Of a DNA stretch of 64,000 nucleotides, positions 9,737 to 19,610 are shown in pieces; the stretch's first letter is position 1; each line of letters opens with the position of its first letter. The stretch spans positions 223-64,222 of the forward strand of contig DASYVU010000194.1 of the NCBI GenBank assembly GCA_035936715.1. Reading direction: 5' to 3'. The position numbers were made by a program, and so were the translations under genes. Origin of the DNA: Gemmatimonadaceae bacterium. GTDB lineage: Bacteria; Gemmatimonadota; Gemmatimonadetes; Gemmatimonadales; Gemmatimonadaceae. The notes beneath the pieces were generated by a model. It worked only from the letters and a program-made list of their open reading frames with translations. It was not told the DNA's origin and searched no databases.

Positions 9737-10669
9737 ATGTGCGCACAGCGTTACGATGTTGCAATTGTTGGCGGCGGCCCCGCTGGACTCTCCGCCGCAA
9801 TCTGGCTCGCGCGATATCTACATAAGGTAGTGGTGGTGGATTCCGGCGATCCACGTAACTGGGAAACGCGCGCTATCAACGGCTACCTCGGCCATCTCGG
9901 CATTCGCTCTCCGGAGCTTCGCGCCATCGGCAGGGAGGAAGGCGCGAAGTTCGGCGTCGACTACGTGAGCGGAATCGTCGACGAGGCATTCAACGAGACC
10001 GGGGAGCTCTTCGCGATGAGGCTTCGCGAAGGAACCGTGATAGAGGCCCGCCGCATTTTGCTGGCAATCGGAATCAAGGATGTCTGGCCCGACATCCCGG
10101 GACTCGAGCGCTGTTATGGCGAGACCATTCACGTGTGTCCCGATTGCGATGGCTATGAGACGCGCGATATGAAGACGGTCGTAGTCGGCAAAGGACGCAA
10201 AGCGGTAGGAATGGCGCTCGCGCTCACCACGTGGACGCGGCAAATCGTGATCTGCACCAACGGCGAGAAGCCGGATATGGAGCAGACGCTTCTCGATCAG
10301 CTAAAGGCCCTGAACATCCCGGTGCTGGACCAGCCGATCAAGTGCGTCGTAGCAAAGTCGAGCGAGATCAGCGGGATAGAGCTCGAGGGCGGAATGTCAC
10401 TCGATTGCGAGCGACTCTACTTCGCGATCGGTCAGTATCCCGCCGATGATCTCGGCGCGCAGCTGGGATGCAAGCGCGACGAGATGGGTCGGCTCGTGAT
10501 CGACGAGCGCAATCACACTTCAGTGAAGAACGTCTACGCCGCAGGCGATATCGCGCCGGGCCCGCAGATGGCTATCGTTGCCGCCGCGAGCGGTGCAGTG
10601 GCCTCAATCGCGATTCACGCGTCGCTGATTCCCGAGACGAGGAGACTGGCGCCTACCACTTCAGGGTGA
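9737..10669 (+). CDS. Thioredoxin-reductase-like NAD(P)/FAD oxidoreductase
   Basis: GGGPAGLSAA, HVCPDCDGYE (CxxC) and TSV..VYAAGD. Confidence 0.9.
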   Translation: MCAQRYDVAIVGGGPAGLSAAIWLARYLHKVVVVDSGDPRNWETRAINGYLGHLGIRSPELRAIGREEGAKFGVDYVSGIVDEAFNETGELFAMRLREGTVIEARRILLAIGIKDVWPDIPGLERCYGETIHVCPDCDGYETRDMKTVVVGKGRKAVGMALALTTWTRQIVICTNGEKPDMEQTLLDQLKALNIPVLDQPIKCVVAKSSEISGIELEGGMSLDCERLYFAIGQYPADDLGAQLGCKRDEMGRLVIDERNHTSVKNVYAAGDIAPGPQMAIVAAASGAVASIAIHASLIPETRRLAPTTSG

Positions 10670-11531
10670 TCGTCTGCGGCTTGTGCTTGCGAATTACCTG
10701 CAGTGTGATAGATCGATCATCGGCGCTGCGAATCGCGCGGACCAGGTCGTTCGGGTTGTCGATCTTGATCTTGTCCGCCATCACTACTACGTCGCCGCCT
10801 CGAAGTCCGGCCTCTCGCGCGATCGACCCCTCGACGACGTTGGCCACGAACACACCTTCGGGCTTTACGCCGAGGACATCGCTGAGATCGTTGTTGAGGG
10901 CGGTGAATTCGGCGCCGGCAAAGGGATAGAGGCCGCGCCCAAGCCCCAGGGCAGGCACCAGAAGTGATGGGAGTCGAGGCGGTGTCGAACCTTCCGTCCA
11001 CACCCTTACGCCAGACTGCAGGAGCCCTCCTGGCGCCCTCTCTTCCGCGCTTCTCCGCAGGAATATTTGCTCGTTGGGCGACACCTGCACCACAATTCGC
11101 TGCTCCCAGCCGTCCGGGCGACGTCCCAGCACGCCACGCACGAGACGAACTCCTTCGTTGCGCCTGACCCGGAGCTCGAACGCAGCTCCAGGCTTCATCC
11201 AGTTGCTCAACTGGAGCGTGCCGCCCCGCATGTCGTGCGAGTTGAATGTGAGGATCACGTCTCCCGGAAGAACTCCGGCTTTTGAGGCCGGAGAGCCCGG
11301 CTCGACATTGCTGACGACCGGATACCGCTCGAAGAACGCAGCGCCGTTCTCGCTGAATATCCCCTCATCCGAGAGCCGGACACCGAGCCAGCCCGTCGGC
11401 GTCTCGAACGGAGGGGACTGCGACGAAGGTGGCGTCTGCGCTCTCCCCACACCCGGAAAAGCGAGCGAGGCTACCAGTGCGACCGCTGTTACGGAACCTC
11501 TTCCCATTGCAGACACGTCTTTCCCTCTCAT
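10653..11531 (-). CDS. Secreted two-PDZ-domain protein
   Basis: Signal peptide, GWLGV, V.PGSPA.KAG..PGDVI and a second GS.A.EAGLRGGDVV; third gene of the ECF operon. Confidence 0.8.
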   Translation of the reverse strand: MRGKDVSAMGRGSVTAVALVASLAFPGVGRAQTPPSSQSPPFETPTGWLGVRLSDEGIFSENGAAFFERYPVVSNVEPGSPASKAGVLPGDVILTFNSHDMRGGTLQLSNWMKPGAAFELRVRRNEGVRLVRGVLGRRPDGWEQRIVVQVSPNEQIFLRRSAEERAPGGLLQSGVRVWTEGSTPPRLPSLLVPALGLGRGLYPFAGAEFTALNNDLSDVLGVKPEGVFVANVVEGSIAREAGLRGGDVVVMADKIKIDNPNDLVRAIRSADDRSITLQVIRKHKPQTITLKW

Positions 11532-11537
11532 CTTGGC

Positions 11538-12155
11538 CTAGAATCCCCTGAGCGCGACGGGCCGCGCTACCATCTGCTGTGTCGCAACGCGGGCACCCAT
11601 CGTCGCGAGATAGTATTGGTTGATCACCGGATCGTGCGGTGCTGTTCTGAGCGCACTCTCCATCGCGGGCCCGACCTTCTCCAGGGCCGCGAGCCGAGTG
11701 CGATAGATACCCGAGCTGTCTACGGTGCTGGTATTCGACGAATTCGCCGCGAGAAATGCCGACGCGCGCTGATAGTCGCCGAACGCGCGTTCGAGTGTCG
11801 CTGATGCATCATCGACTGAGGCGAAGCTGTCGCCCATCGTCGAAGTGGCCAGAGCGGCCGAAGCTGTGGGAGCACTTGAACTGGTTGCCTGGCCGGGATT
11901 CTCCGCCGCCTGGCGCGAGCCCGGTATCGCAATCGTGGTCCGGCCGATCGCGATTCCCCCGACCAGCAAGAGCATCGCGGCGGCTGCCTGAATCCACTGC
12001 TGGCCGGCAATCCACGAGCGCGACTGCGACTCGCGAAAGAGTCCCTCCTCTCTTGCTCGGGCGGCAATCGTGCGCCACTCATTGAGCGGCGCCTGCGCTC
12101 GCGCTTGCTCGTCGGCGATGATCTGGTCGAGTTGGTCTTCAGACAGGTGCGACAT
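11538..12155 (-). CDS. Putative membrane-anchored anti-sigma factor
   Basis: Follows the ECF sigma with overlap; MSHLSE N-terminus and one TM helix (AAAMLLLVGGIAIG). Confidence 0.65.
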   Translation of the reverse strand: MSHLSEDQLDQIIADEQARAQAPLNEWRTIAARAREEGLFRESQSRSWIAGQQWIQAAAAMLLLVGGIAIGRTTIAIPGSRQAAENPGQATSSSAPTASAALATSTMGDSFASVDDASATLERAFGDYQRASAFLAANSSNTSTVDSSGIYRTRLAALEKVGPAMESALRTAPHDPVINQYYLATMGARVATQQMVARPVALRGF

Positions 12156-12714
12156 GTGCCTTCCCCTTTCCCACTGGTATTGATTCGTCAACGAGATGTG
12201 CCAGCAATTTTTTCAGTTTGGTCCGAGCCTTGAACAACTGCGATTTGGATCCGCCCGGCGTGATTCCGAGCTCCTCTCCGATTTCGCCGTGCGTATATCC
12301 TTCAATGTCATGAAGTACGAACACCGCTCTCGCCCCTGGCGACAGTCTCGCCATCGCCTGCTCTATGGATTCCGCCAGGAAAGTCCTGTCCGTGTCCTGT
12401 TCGGTGAGCGCGGAGTCGTCTTCAATGTCGGTCTCGAGCTTCGCGAGCCGCCTGATCTTGCGAAGCGCGTTGAGAGTACGGTTGACAGCTATCCGATGAG
12501 CCCATGTTCCGAACTGCGAGTCCCCCCTATAGCTTGGGAGTGCCCTGAAGATCTGCATCCAGACCTCCTGCGAGACGTCCGCTGCCAGCTCCGGATCCCC
12601 GCAAAGCCTGCGTACGACCGCGTCGATGTGAGGCGCATGCTGCGACCAAAGCCGCTGCATGGCCCTCTCGTCGCCGGCAGTAGCGCGCTTGAGGTCGAGC
12701 TGGTCGAATGGCAT
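12139..12714 (-). CDS. ECF RNA polymerase sigma-70 factor
   Basis: A.DV.QEVW, F.TWAHRIAVN, R.VFVLHD.EGY.H.EI and KSQLFKAR. Confidence 0.93.
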   Translation of the reverse strand: MPFDQLDLKRATAGDERAMQRLWSQHAPHIDAVVRRLCGDPELAADVSQEVWMQIFRALPSYRGDSQFGTWAHRIAVNRTLNALRKIRRLAKLETDIEDDSALTEQDTDRTFLAESIEQAMARLSPGARAVFVLHDIEGYTHGEIGEELGITPGGSKSQLFKARTKLKKLLAHLVDESIPVGKGKAHVAPV

Positions 12715-12902
12715 CTCGGACACTTTCTTAGTCACGCTCCATGTCTCTAAAGTTTCCTTACGAAAGACGGTGACTTTCGTTGTGGGGAATCGTTTGCAAC
12801 TGTACGCCCTCGCCATACCGCGGAGCGGCAGTCTAAGCCCGGCCGGGTCGGAACTTCGGCTCTTGCGGACAGTATAAATTAAAGTGGTTCAAGGAGTTAG
12901 CG

Positions 12903-14237
12903 TTGCTTAGAGTCATTCTCACCGCACTGACGGTGACGCGCGCGGGCGACGGACTGCCAGTCAAGTCTCCGTCAGACGTCGGCATGTCCGGCAACCGCCT
13001 CGGCGCCATTGAGCGCGTTGTCGAGCGCGGAATCAAGGCCGGTGGATACCCCGGGGCCTCGGTCGTGGTGGGCAGAAAGGGCGCTGCGGTGTTCGAGAAG
13101 GGTTTCGGAAGACTCTCCTGGAGTGACAATAGCACCCCGGTCGATGCGCAACACACGATCTACGACATCGCCTCCCTGAGCAAGGTCGTCGGGACCACTA
13201 CGGCGATCATGATTCTCTACGACGAAAAGAAGATCGGCCTCGATGATCCCGTCGTGAACTACATCCCCACATTCGGCGGCGGGGATAAGGACAAAGTCAC
13301 GATCCGCATGCTGCTGACGCACACCTCCGGATTGCCGGCGGGGCGCGACATATGGCGCATTGCGCAGACTCCACTCGAAGCGAGAGCGCTGGTCCTGGGC
13401 ACTTCACTCGAAGGTCGTCCGGGCGCACAGTACATATACTCCGACCTTGGCGCCGACGTCCTCGGTCTGCTTATCGAAGTCGTGTCCGGCGAGCCGCTGG
13501 ACAAATTCCTCGATCGCCGCGTCTTTGAGCCGCTTGGCATGAACGAGACGATGTACCGCCCTGCTGACTCGCTACGCTATCGCATCGCTCCGACCGAAGT
13601 CACGCCTCCTCGCGGCTACCCGCTGAGAGGCGAAGTTCACGACGAGAACGCCTATGCGCTCGGCGGCGTCGCGGGACACGCCGGCTTGTTCAGCACCGCG
13701 GCGGATCTCTCGGTCTTCGCGCAAATGATGCTCAATGGCGGCGAGTACAACGGCGTGCAGATCATCAGCAAGCCGACCGTCGAGCTGTTTACGCTGAGGG
13801 CGTTCGGACACCGCGCCCTGGGCTGGGACACCGCTGACGGCGATTACGGCTCGGGCCGTTATCTCGGACCGACCGCGTATGGTCACACCGGGTTCACAGG
13901 GACATCGATGTGGATCGATCCGGAGCGGCAGATGTTCGTGATTCTGCTCACAAATCGCGTTCACGCAGCCCGTGCGCTCCGCCCTGCCAAGGTGATCTCG
14001 GATGTGCGCGCGGACCTCTCCGACGCCGCGGTGCTGTCGGTGATCGACGGACCCGAGCTCGCGTCACGCTCCGGGAAGTTCCGCGCTGATCGTGAAGTGG
14101 GCTGGAACCCTGCTCCGCGCCGCGCCTCGCGACGCCGTCACGGCTCGTCCAGACACCACACGATCGCGAGCGCTACATCGAAGAGCCGCAGCTCGGCGAA
14201 GAAGAGCAGCCGGAAAAAGAGTTCGAAGAGGCGGTAA
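12903..14237 (+). CDS. Serine hydrolase, beta-lactamase/AmpC family, with basic C-terminal tail
   Basis: SxxK (SLSK), LLTHTSGL, YSD, GEVHDENA..LGGVAGHAGLFS and HTGFTGT. Confidence 0.9.
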   Translation: MLRVILTALTVTRAGDGLPVKSPSDVGMSGNRLGAIERVVERGIKAGGYPGASVVVGRKGAAVFEKGFGRLSWSDNSTPVDAQHTIYDIASLSKVVGTTTAIMILYDEKKIGLDDPVVNYIPTFGGGDKDKVTIRMLLTHTSGLPAGRDIWRIAQTPLEARALVLGTSLEGRPGAQYIYSDLGADVLGLLIEVVSGEPLDKFLDRRVFEPLGMNETMYRPADSLRYRIAPTEVTPPRGYPLRGEVHDENAYALGGVAGHAGLFSTAADLSVFAQMMLNGGEYNGVQIISKPTVELFTLRAFGHRALGWDTADGDYGSGRYLGPTAYGHTGFTGTSMWIDPERQMFVILLTNRVHAARALRPAKVISDVRADLSDAAVLSVIDGPELASRSGKFRADREVGWNPAPRRASRRRHGSSRHHTIASATSKSRSSAKKSSRKKSSKRR

Positions 14238-14266
14238 GGGTCTTCCTCTCCAGGAATAGCTTTCTC

Positions 14267-14299
14267 GAGCGGGCGCCAATTGGCGCCCGCTCTTGTTTT
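14267..14299 (+). terminator. Rho-independent terminator
   Basis: Perfect 26-bp palindrome GAGCGGGCGCCAATTGGCGCCCGCTC followed by TTGTTTT, 30 nt after the serine hydrolase stop. Confidence 0.8.
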
Positions 14300-14346
14300 G
14301 GTGGCTGCGACCGGGGATTATTCAATCAATGAACGCAGGATCAATT

Positions 14347-14718
14347 ATGAGCGACGAAAACGGAGCCACTCCACCCGTCACCGCGGGTGAGACGGAGCCG
14401 GTCGCGGCCAAGACGACTGGTGTCGTGAGCGAGGATCAGGTGAAGCTCGCGCTCCGGCGCGTGAAGGATCCGGACCTTCAGCTCAACATCATCGATCTGG
14501 GACTGGTCTACGCGATCGCCGTCGATGGGAGCACAGTAAAGGTCGACATGACCCTTACCTCACCCGCGTGTCCCTCCGGCCCCGAGCTGATGACCAATGC
14601 CGAGTCGGAGGTGAAGTCGTTACCCGGCGTGGAGAAAGTCGAAGTGAATCTCGTCTGGATGCCGTTCTGGACACCGGAGAAGATGGAGCCGCGAGTGAGG
14701 GCGTACCTGGGCTTCTAG
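14347..14718 (+). CDS. Metal-sulfur cluster assembly factor (DUF59/SufT/PaaD-like)
   Basis: V.DPDL.LNIIDLGLVY, MTLTSPACP and LVW.P.WTPEKM. Confidence 0.9.
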   Translation: MSDENGATPPVTAGETEPVAAKTTGVVSEDQVKLALRRVKDPDLQLNIIDLGLVYAIAVDGSTVKVDMTLTSPACPSGPELMTNAESEVKSLPGVEKVEVNLVWMPFWTPEKMEPRVRAYLGF

Positions 14719-14750
14719 TAACAGATAGGTCCCAGCATCAGATTCACCGA

Positions 14751-15450
14751 GTGCGTTGTCATCGCCGGGCTCTGATTCTCGCGCCATTCGCGTTCGTCCT
14801 TGCCGCGTGCGTGGCAAACCCATCCCCAAATAGCGGAACGTCCTCACGCCGCCGCGCGGCTACGCAAAACAGCGGCGTCAGCTGTCTCGACACTCTTCAC
14901 GCGAGTGACTCCCTCGGGACGATGGTGAAGATGAACGTTGCTCCACAGGATCCTAAGACGACGCTGCCGCGCGATTTCGAGAATTTGTTCGCGGATGCAT
15001 TTCGGCCGCACTTCAGTGTTCCTTCAACGCTGCCCTTGAGCGTCGTCACGGGCCTCGAGCCGTGTGACTCAGTCGGCTCTCGCTGCGTAGGAGGGGTGCT
15101 CAATATCGGTGCTGTCGCTTATGTCACGGCGATACGTTTTCCGGGCGCAGGTTCCGCGATACGACGTGCCATTCAGCTACGCGGCGATGCCTCTCGCGGG
15201 CGTCAACGCGCGGTATCCTGCCAGCGCTCGGCTCGTCGGAGCCGAGGACAGTGTGACTCTGGCGTTCACTGTCGACTCGGACGGGATGATCGCGCCGGAG
15301 TCCATCGAGCTGGTGAGCGCCAGCTATCGCGATTTCGTGATGTCGGTGGTCGACGCGCTGGGCAATACCCGGTACCATCCAGCGCATCTGGGTGATTGCG
15401 CTGTGGCAACCAGAATGAAGCAGAGATTCGTTTTCAAAGCGCCGCAATAA
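14751..15450 (+). pseudogene. Lipoprotein with TonB C-terminal domain, frameshifted near 15130
   Basis: Lipobox (VLAAC) frame runs to AYVTA; the TonB_C-like part (YP..AR..G.E..V.L.F.VD.DG…F) is in another frame (15109-15450). Confidence 0.65.
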
Positions 15451-16570
15451 ACCCGGCGCCCATCTCCTCGATCTGCCAGCGCCGCAGATCTGGAACTGAA
15501 GTGAGGTCGTCGATAGTCTTCGCCCCGCTGCGCGCGATGTTCTCCAGCCTCTCACGCGAGCACAACACCCCAGGATCGAGCTCCAGTCTCGTCGCGGCCG
15601 AGTCCCGAACAGCCTTTAGCCGCGCGACCCGCTCATCGAAGTCACGATCCTTGTTCCAGCGCTGTCCGCGCGGAAACTTCGGGAGCTCCGACTCCAGCAT
15701 TTCGACACCTCGCCTCACTGCCGCGACAATGTCGGCACCTCCGCGATCGATCATTCCCTTCGGCATCCCCTTGACTGCGCTCAGCTCCGACACGCTCTTG
15801 GGAGCGCGCCGAGCGAACTCGAACAGGACCTCGTTGCCCATCACTCGGAACGTCGCGCGGTCCAGCTGCGCCGCAACAGTGTCGCGCCAGTTAGCGACTT
15901 CACGGAGCACCGCCAGCTCCCGGCGCGACAGATCGCGCGCGCCCTTCAGCCTCAGAAACCCTTCCATGCTTTCTTCGGCTTCCCAGCGAGTGCCTTCGAT
16001 CTTGGCGAACTCCTCTTCGGCCCAGCGCAGTCTTCCGCGACGCGTGAGCTCTCCCTTCATGTGATCCTTCAGCTGCAGCAGGTAGCGTGTGTCCTGCGCG
16101 GCGTACTCGAGCATGTCGGCAGTGAGCGGACGCATTGACCAATCAGCTCGCTGGTGCTTCTTGTCCAGTTTGACGTCGAAGAACTGCTCGAGCAGCGCGG
16201 CGAGCCCGAACGATTTGATCCCGAGCAGCTGTGAAGCGATCCGCGTATCGAAGATGTTCGTGACGTGCCACCCGTAATCCTGATGCAGGAGCCGCAGATC
16301 GTAATCCGCATCGTGGAAGACGACTTCCACCGACGTGCTCTGCAGCAGCTGACCCAGGCCGGCGGGTGCGCCGATGGGAAGTGGATCGATGATCGCGCTG
16401 TGCTCGCGCGTGGAGAGCTGGAGGAGATAGATGCGGTCGAGAAAACGGTGAAAGCTCGCGCCTTCGGTATCGAGGGCGAGCTCCTTCACGGCTGATATTT
16501 CATTCAGGAAGCGGTCTACCTGCTTCGGCTTGTCGAGGTAGAGCGCGCCGTCCGAGCGGGCTGGAGGCAT
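15434..16570 (-). CDS. rnd: Ribonuclease D
   Basis: DEDDy exonuclease motifs (ALDTE, H...YDL, DTRIA, ADWS.RPL, YAAQDT) and HRDC region. Confidence 0.9.
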   Translation of the reverse strand: MPPARSDGALYLDKPKQVDRFLNEISAVKELALDTEGASFHRFLDRIYLLQLSTREHSAIIDPLPIGAPAGLGQLLQSTSVEVVFHDADYDLRLLHQDYGWHVTNIFDTRIASQLLGIKSFGLAALLEQFFDVKLDKKHQRADWSMRPLTADMLEYAAQDTRYLLQLKDHMKGELTRRGRLRWAEEEFAKIEGTRWEAEESMEGFLRLKGARDLSRRELAVLREVANWRDTVAAQLDRATFRVMGNEVLFEFARRAPKSVSELSAVKGMPKGMIDRGGADIVAAVRRGVEMLESELPKFPRGQRWNKDRDFDERVARLKAVRDSAATRLELDPGVLCSRERLENIARSGAKTIDDLTSVPDLRRWQIEEMGAGFIAAL

Positions 16571-16653
16571 CGCGGAAATCTAGCGCCTGAATGGTGTCGC
16601 GCCCCGGGCGGGTTAACTTTCGTGGGCGACGATTTCCCCTCTTTCCACTGCTG

Positions 16654-17079
16654 ATGCCCGAAGATTTCAAGGTTCATGTCTACCCGAGCGACTGCGACTC
16701 GGTGGGGCACGTGAATCATGCCCATATGCTGGTTCTGCTCGAGCGCGCGCGATGGTCGGCCCTGGAGCGGCATATGTCGTACGAACAGTACATGAAGACG
16801 AATCTGTGGGCTGTCGTGCGCAAGGTCGAAGCCTCGTACCAGGCGCAGACATTCCCCGGCGACGACCTTGGCATTCGCACTGGCCTGCTCTCGGTTGGCA
16901 ATACGAGCTTTATCGTGCGGCAGGTCGTGCGAAATCAGCGCAATGCTGTGGTGTGCGACGCCTCGATCGTCTATGTCACGGTCTCGCCGGATGGGAAGCC
17001 GATACCTGTTCCCGATCAATGGCGGACTCTTTTTTCTCCGTGGGAGGAAGACAGCGGCGAAGCGGCAGCACGAAAGTGA
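16654..17079 (+). CDS. Acyl-CoA thioesterase (4HBT/YbgC hot-dog fold)
   Basis: D.D..GHVNHA….LE.AR and G.TSF. Confidence 0.88.
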   Translation: MPEDFKVHVYPSDCDSVGHVNHAHMLVLLERARWSALERHMSYEQYMKTNLWAVVRKVEASYQAQTFPGDDLGIRTGLLSVGNTSFIVRQVVRNQRNAVVCDASIVYVTVSPDGKPIPVPDQWRTLFSPWEEDSGEAAARK

Positions 17080-17110
17080 TTGAGTCTCTCGTCGTAGGCA
17101 GGCGCAACGC

Positions 17111-17794
17111 GTGAGCAATCCCACTTCCGAGCCGCAGCCAGTCAGCGCCGCTGAGCAGTCCATTCCGGCACAAATCGGCGCGGTGCTCTTCCGTCATCGC
17201 GGGTGGCTGCCGCTCTTGTTCCTCGGCATCCCACTCGTAATGCCGGGCACGACGTCTCCGTTCCGCTGGGAAATCGGACTCGCCCTGATCGTCATCGGCG
17301 AGGCGGTCCGCCTGGCGGGCGTCGCTGCGGCCGGTACCGTCACTCGCCGGCGCTCGCGCGGCGTGCAGCGGCTGGTCACTTACGGGATCTTCGCCTGGGC
17401 CCGAAATCCGCTCTACATCGGCAACTTTCTCATCTGGATGGGATTCGTCACCATATCGGGAGTGCTCTGGTTTCTACCTATCGCGGTGCTGCTGTTCGCG
17501 CTGGAGTACGAGCTGATCGTCCGCTACGAAGAAGGAGTGCTCGAGTCCATCTTCGGACGTGAGTATCTGGATTACAAGAACGAGACTCCACGCTGGATCC
17601 CTCGCCCTCCCCGCAGCGAACAGACTGTAGGGGAGTACCACTGGGGCGAAGCCTTCAAGAGTGAGATCAGCACTTTCCTGCAATACGCTGTGCTGCTGCT
17701 GGCGTTCTGGATCAAGAGTCATTTGTTGGAGGGCTGCCATGCAGACCGAGGAGTGACTTCATGCTGGGCGTGGGGCTCGGGCAGCATTCCATGA
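17111..17794 (+). CDS. Isoprenylcysteine carboxyl methyltransferase/PEMT-family membrane methyltransferase
   Basis: L.T.G.FA..RNPLY.GN and EE..L...FG.EY..Y…PRWIP. Confidence 0.85.
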   Translation: MSNPTSEPQPVSAAEQSIPAQIGAVLFRHRGWLPLLFLGIPLVMPGTTSPFRWEIGLALIVIGEAVRLAGVAAAGTVTRRRSRGVQRLVTYGIFAWARNPLYIGNFLIWMGFVTISGVLWFLPIAVLLFALEYELIVRYEEGVLESIFGREYLDYKNETPRWIPRPPRSEQTVGEYHWGEAFKSEISTFLQYAVLLLAFWIKSHLLEGCHADRGVTSCWAWGSGSIP

Positions 17795-17798
17795 CTTT

Positions 17799-17999
17799 CT
17801 AATCGCGGGACCTGCACTCCACGCAGACAGGACGTTCACTCGAGAAGCGCGCCTTCATCTTCTCCAGGAACGAACCATAAAGATGGGTATCACACAGCGC
17901 CCGTTTGCATTGAGCGCACACCCCACCTTTTCCCGCTCCGAAAAAGACTCCGCACTTGTCGCATTGCCATTTGAATGCAGACGGGCGGAGGATCGGCAC
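17799..17999 (-). CDS. Small zinc-finger protein
   Basis: 66 aa with CDKC, CAQC, CDTH and CVEC; GTG start abuts the upstream stop. Confidence 0.7.
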   Translation of the reverse strand: MPILRPSAFKWQCDKCGVFFGAGKGGVCAQCKRALCDTHLYGSFLEKMKARFSSERPVCVECRSRD

Positions 18000-18854
18000 T
18001 TACACGAGCGCCAGAGTCTGTGAGCCGCCCCACGACGCGCCGGGCTTGAGCTCCACCGGTGAACCGATCTGCGCCGCTTCCACGCAGACCATCCTCATGT
18101 AGTCGTTCGTGTCCAGCCCGATAAATCCCGTAACCTTCTCGGCCCACGGATTCCAGACAACGGCATCCTTGAAGCCCGCGGCCCGCACCTCGATGCGGCG
18201 ATCGTTGCCGCGATCTTCGATTTCGACCTTCTTCGGCGCCTTCAGGTAAACGCGATCGGTCTCGTCGGATATCACCAGCTTCTTCGCTTCGTCCTTCGTC
18301 TCGTTTCCACCCTGCGTCTTGTCGAGATACCACTTGCCGGTGAATCCGCGGATCGCCGACTCCCGGATGTCGGCAACGGCAATGTAGGTGTGCAGCGCGG
18401 AAGTGAAGCTGAACACCTCGTCACCGGTGTTGAACACGTCGAGCTTCACCTGAAGCGACTTGTCGTCGATCGTCGCGACGAGTTCGGTGCGGAAGTGGTA
18501 CGGCCAGAGCTCGCGAGTGCGATGATCGTCCACGAGGACGAGCTTCACCGAGGATGGATCGTCCGACGCGTCGGCGTTCTCGGCGAGCTGCCATTCGGTT
18601 TTGCGAGCGAACCCGTGTTGTGGAAGCGGCCCCGTGTTCGCGAACTGCGGAAAGACAACAGGAATTCCGCCGCGGATCGGATCTCCCGTCGCAAACGTCG
18701 CCGTCTTTCCCATGAACAGCACTTCCTTGCCGCCCGCCGGAATCCAGGAGGTGACGTGCGCGCCATTGAGATAGACATCCGCCGAGCTGCCCGAGGGGTG
18801 CGACAGCAGTACGGTGGCCATTCCGTTTTTTCCGGGAACGATGGGAGGAGTCAT
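18000..18854 (-). CDS. D-hexose-6-phosphate mutarotase (YeaD-like)
   Basis: GAHVTSW, IRGGIPV.FPQF, HGFAR, ALHTY, DRVY, VVWNPW and MVCVEAA. Confidence 0.92.
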   Translation of the reverse strand: MTPPIVPGKNGMATVLLSHPSGSSADVYLNGAHVTSWIPAGGKEVLFMGKTATFATGDPIRGGIPVVFPQFANTGPLPQHGFARKTEWQLAENADASDDPSSVKLVLVDDHRTRELWPYHFRTELVATIDDKSLQVKLDVFNTGDEVFSFTSALHTYIAVADIRESAIRGFTGKWYLDKTQGGNETKDEAKKLVISDETDRVYLKAPKKVEIEDRGNDRRIEVRAAGFKDAVVWNPWAEKVTGFIGLDTNDYMRMVCVEAAQIGSPVELKPGASWGGSQTLALV

Positions 18855-18911
18855 GGGATCAGATATTGATGTACGAGCCGTGGATTCTGCCAGTCGCTCG
18901 CACTGAAATGG

Positions 18912-19175
18912 CTACCGGTTGGGCCGTCCGGGAGGGTTCTCGCCCTTGAACACTTCGCGATTGATCTGAACGTATTCCTTCAGGTTCGACGGGACGTCCT
19001 CTTCGGGGAAGATCGCCGTGACCGGGCATTCGGGCTCACAGGCGCCGCAATCAATGCACTCGTCAGGATGGATGTAGAGCTGGTCCGCTCCCTCATAGAT
19101 GCAGTCCACGGGACACACGTCTACGCAGGCGCGGTCCTTTGTATTCTTGCAGGCTTCAGTTATGACGTAAGGCAT
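18912..19175 (-). CDS. Dicluster (7Fe-type) ferredoxin
   Basis: C…[14 protein letters not shown] and [13 protein letters not shown]. Confidence 0.95.
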   Translation of the reverse strand: MPYVITEACKNTKDRACVDVCPVDCIYEGADQLYIHPDECIDCGACEPECPVTAIFPEEDVPSNLKEYVQINREVFKGENPPGRPNR

Positions 19176-19269
19176 CTCTTTCCCGATAGTGCGGCGGCGG
19201 CTTCAGCGGCGCTAGAGGTGTTTCCTTTGCGAAAAATAGACTCGCAGGGTTGAATATCAACAGCAGGCT

Positions 19270-19578
19270 TCACCACTTGAGGAAGCCCACAGCCAGACCG
19301 AGGAATATTAGGGCGAGAACAGAGCCGATCATGAGCGCGCGACGGCGGCGGTTGCCGCGCACTGCGATCCAAACTTCTTCGTCGAGGTAGTAAAGGCCCG
19401 GCGAGGCTTCGCGAATCACCGCGCTGTTATGCAGCCGCTTGACCGCCCGCGCCTCTCCGAAGCCCATCGCTGCGTACGATTGCGCGGTCGAAGGAGTAAG
19501 CGCGCCCGCCGCGCGAAAGTCGTCGACGACCTGGCGCTCTTTCAATCTCATTACTGCTATCGCTGCCGCTGCGCCCAT
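19270..19578 (-). CDS. Hypothetical protein with C-terminal TM helix
   Basis: Upstream GGAG SD; GLYYLDE motif and hydrophobic C-terminus. Confidence 0.7.
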   Translation of the reverse strand: MGAAAAIAVMRLKERQVVDDFRAAGALTPSTAQSYAAMGFGEARAVKRLHNSAVIREASPGLYYLDEEVWIAVRGNRRRRALMIGSVLALIFLGLAVGFLKW

Positions 19579-19610
19579 ATCAATTACTCCATTGAGAGTT
19601 CAACGCCCGA

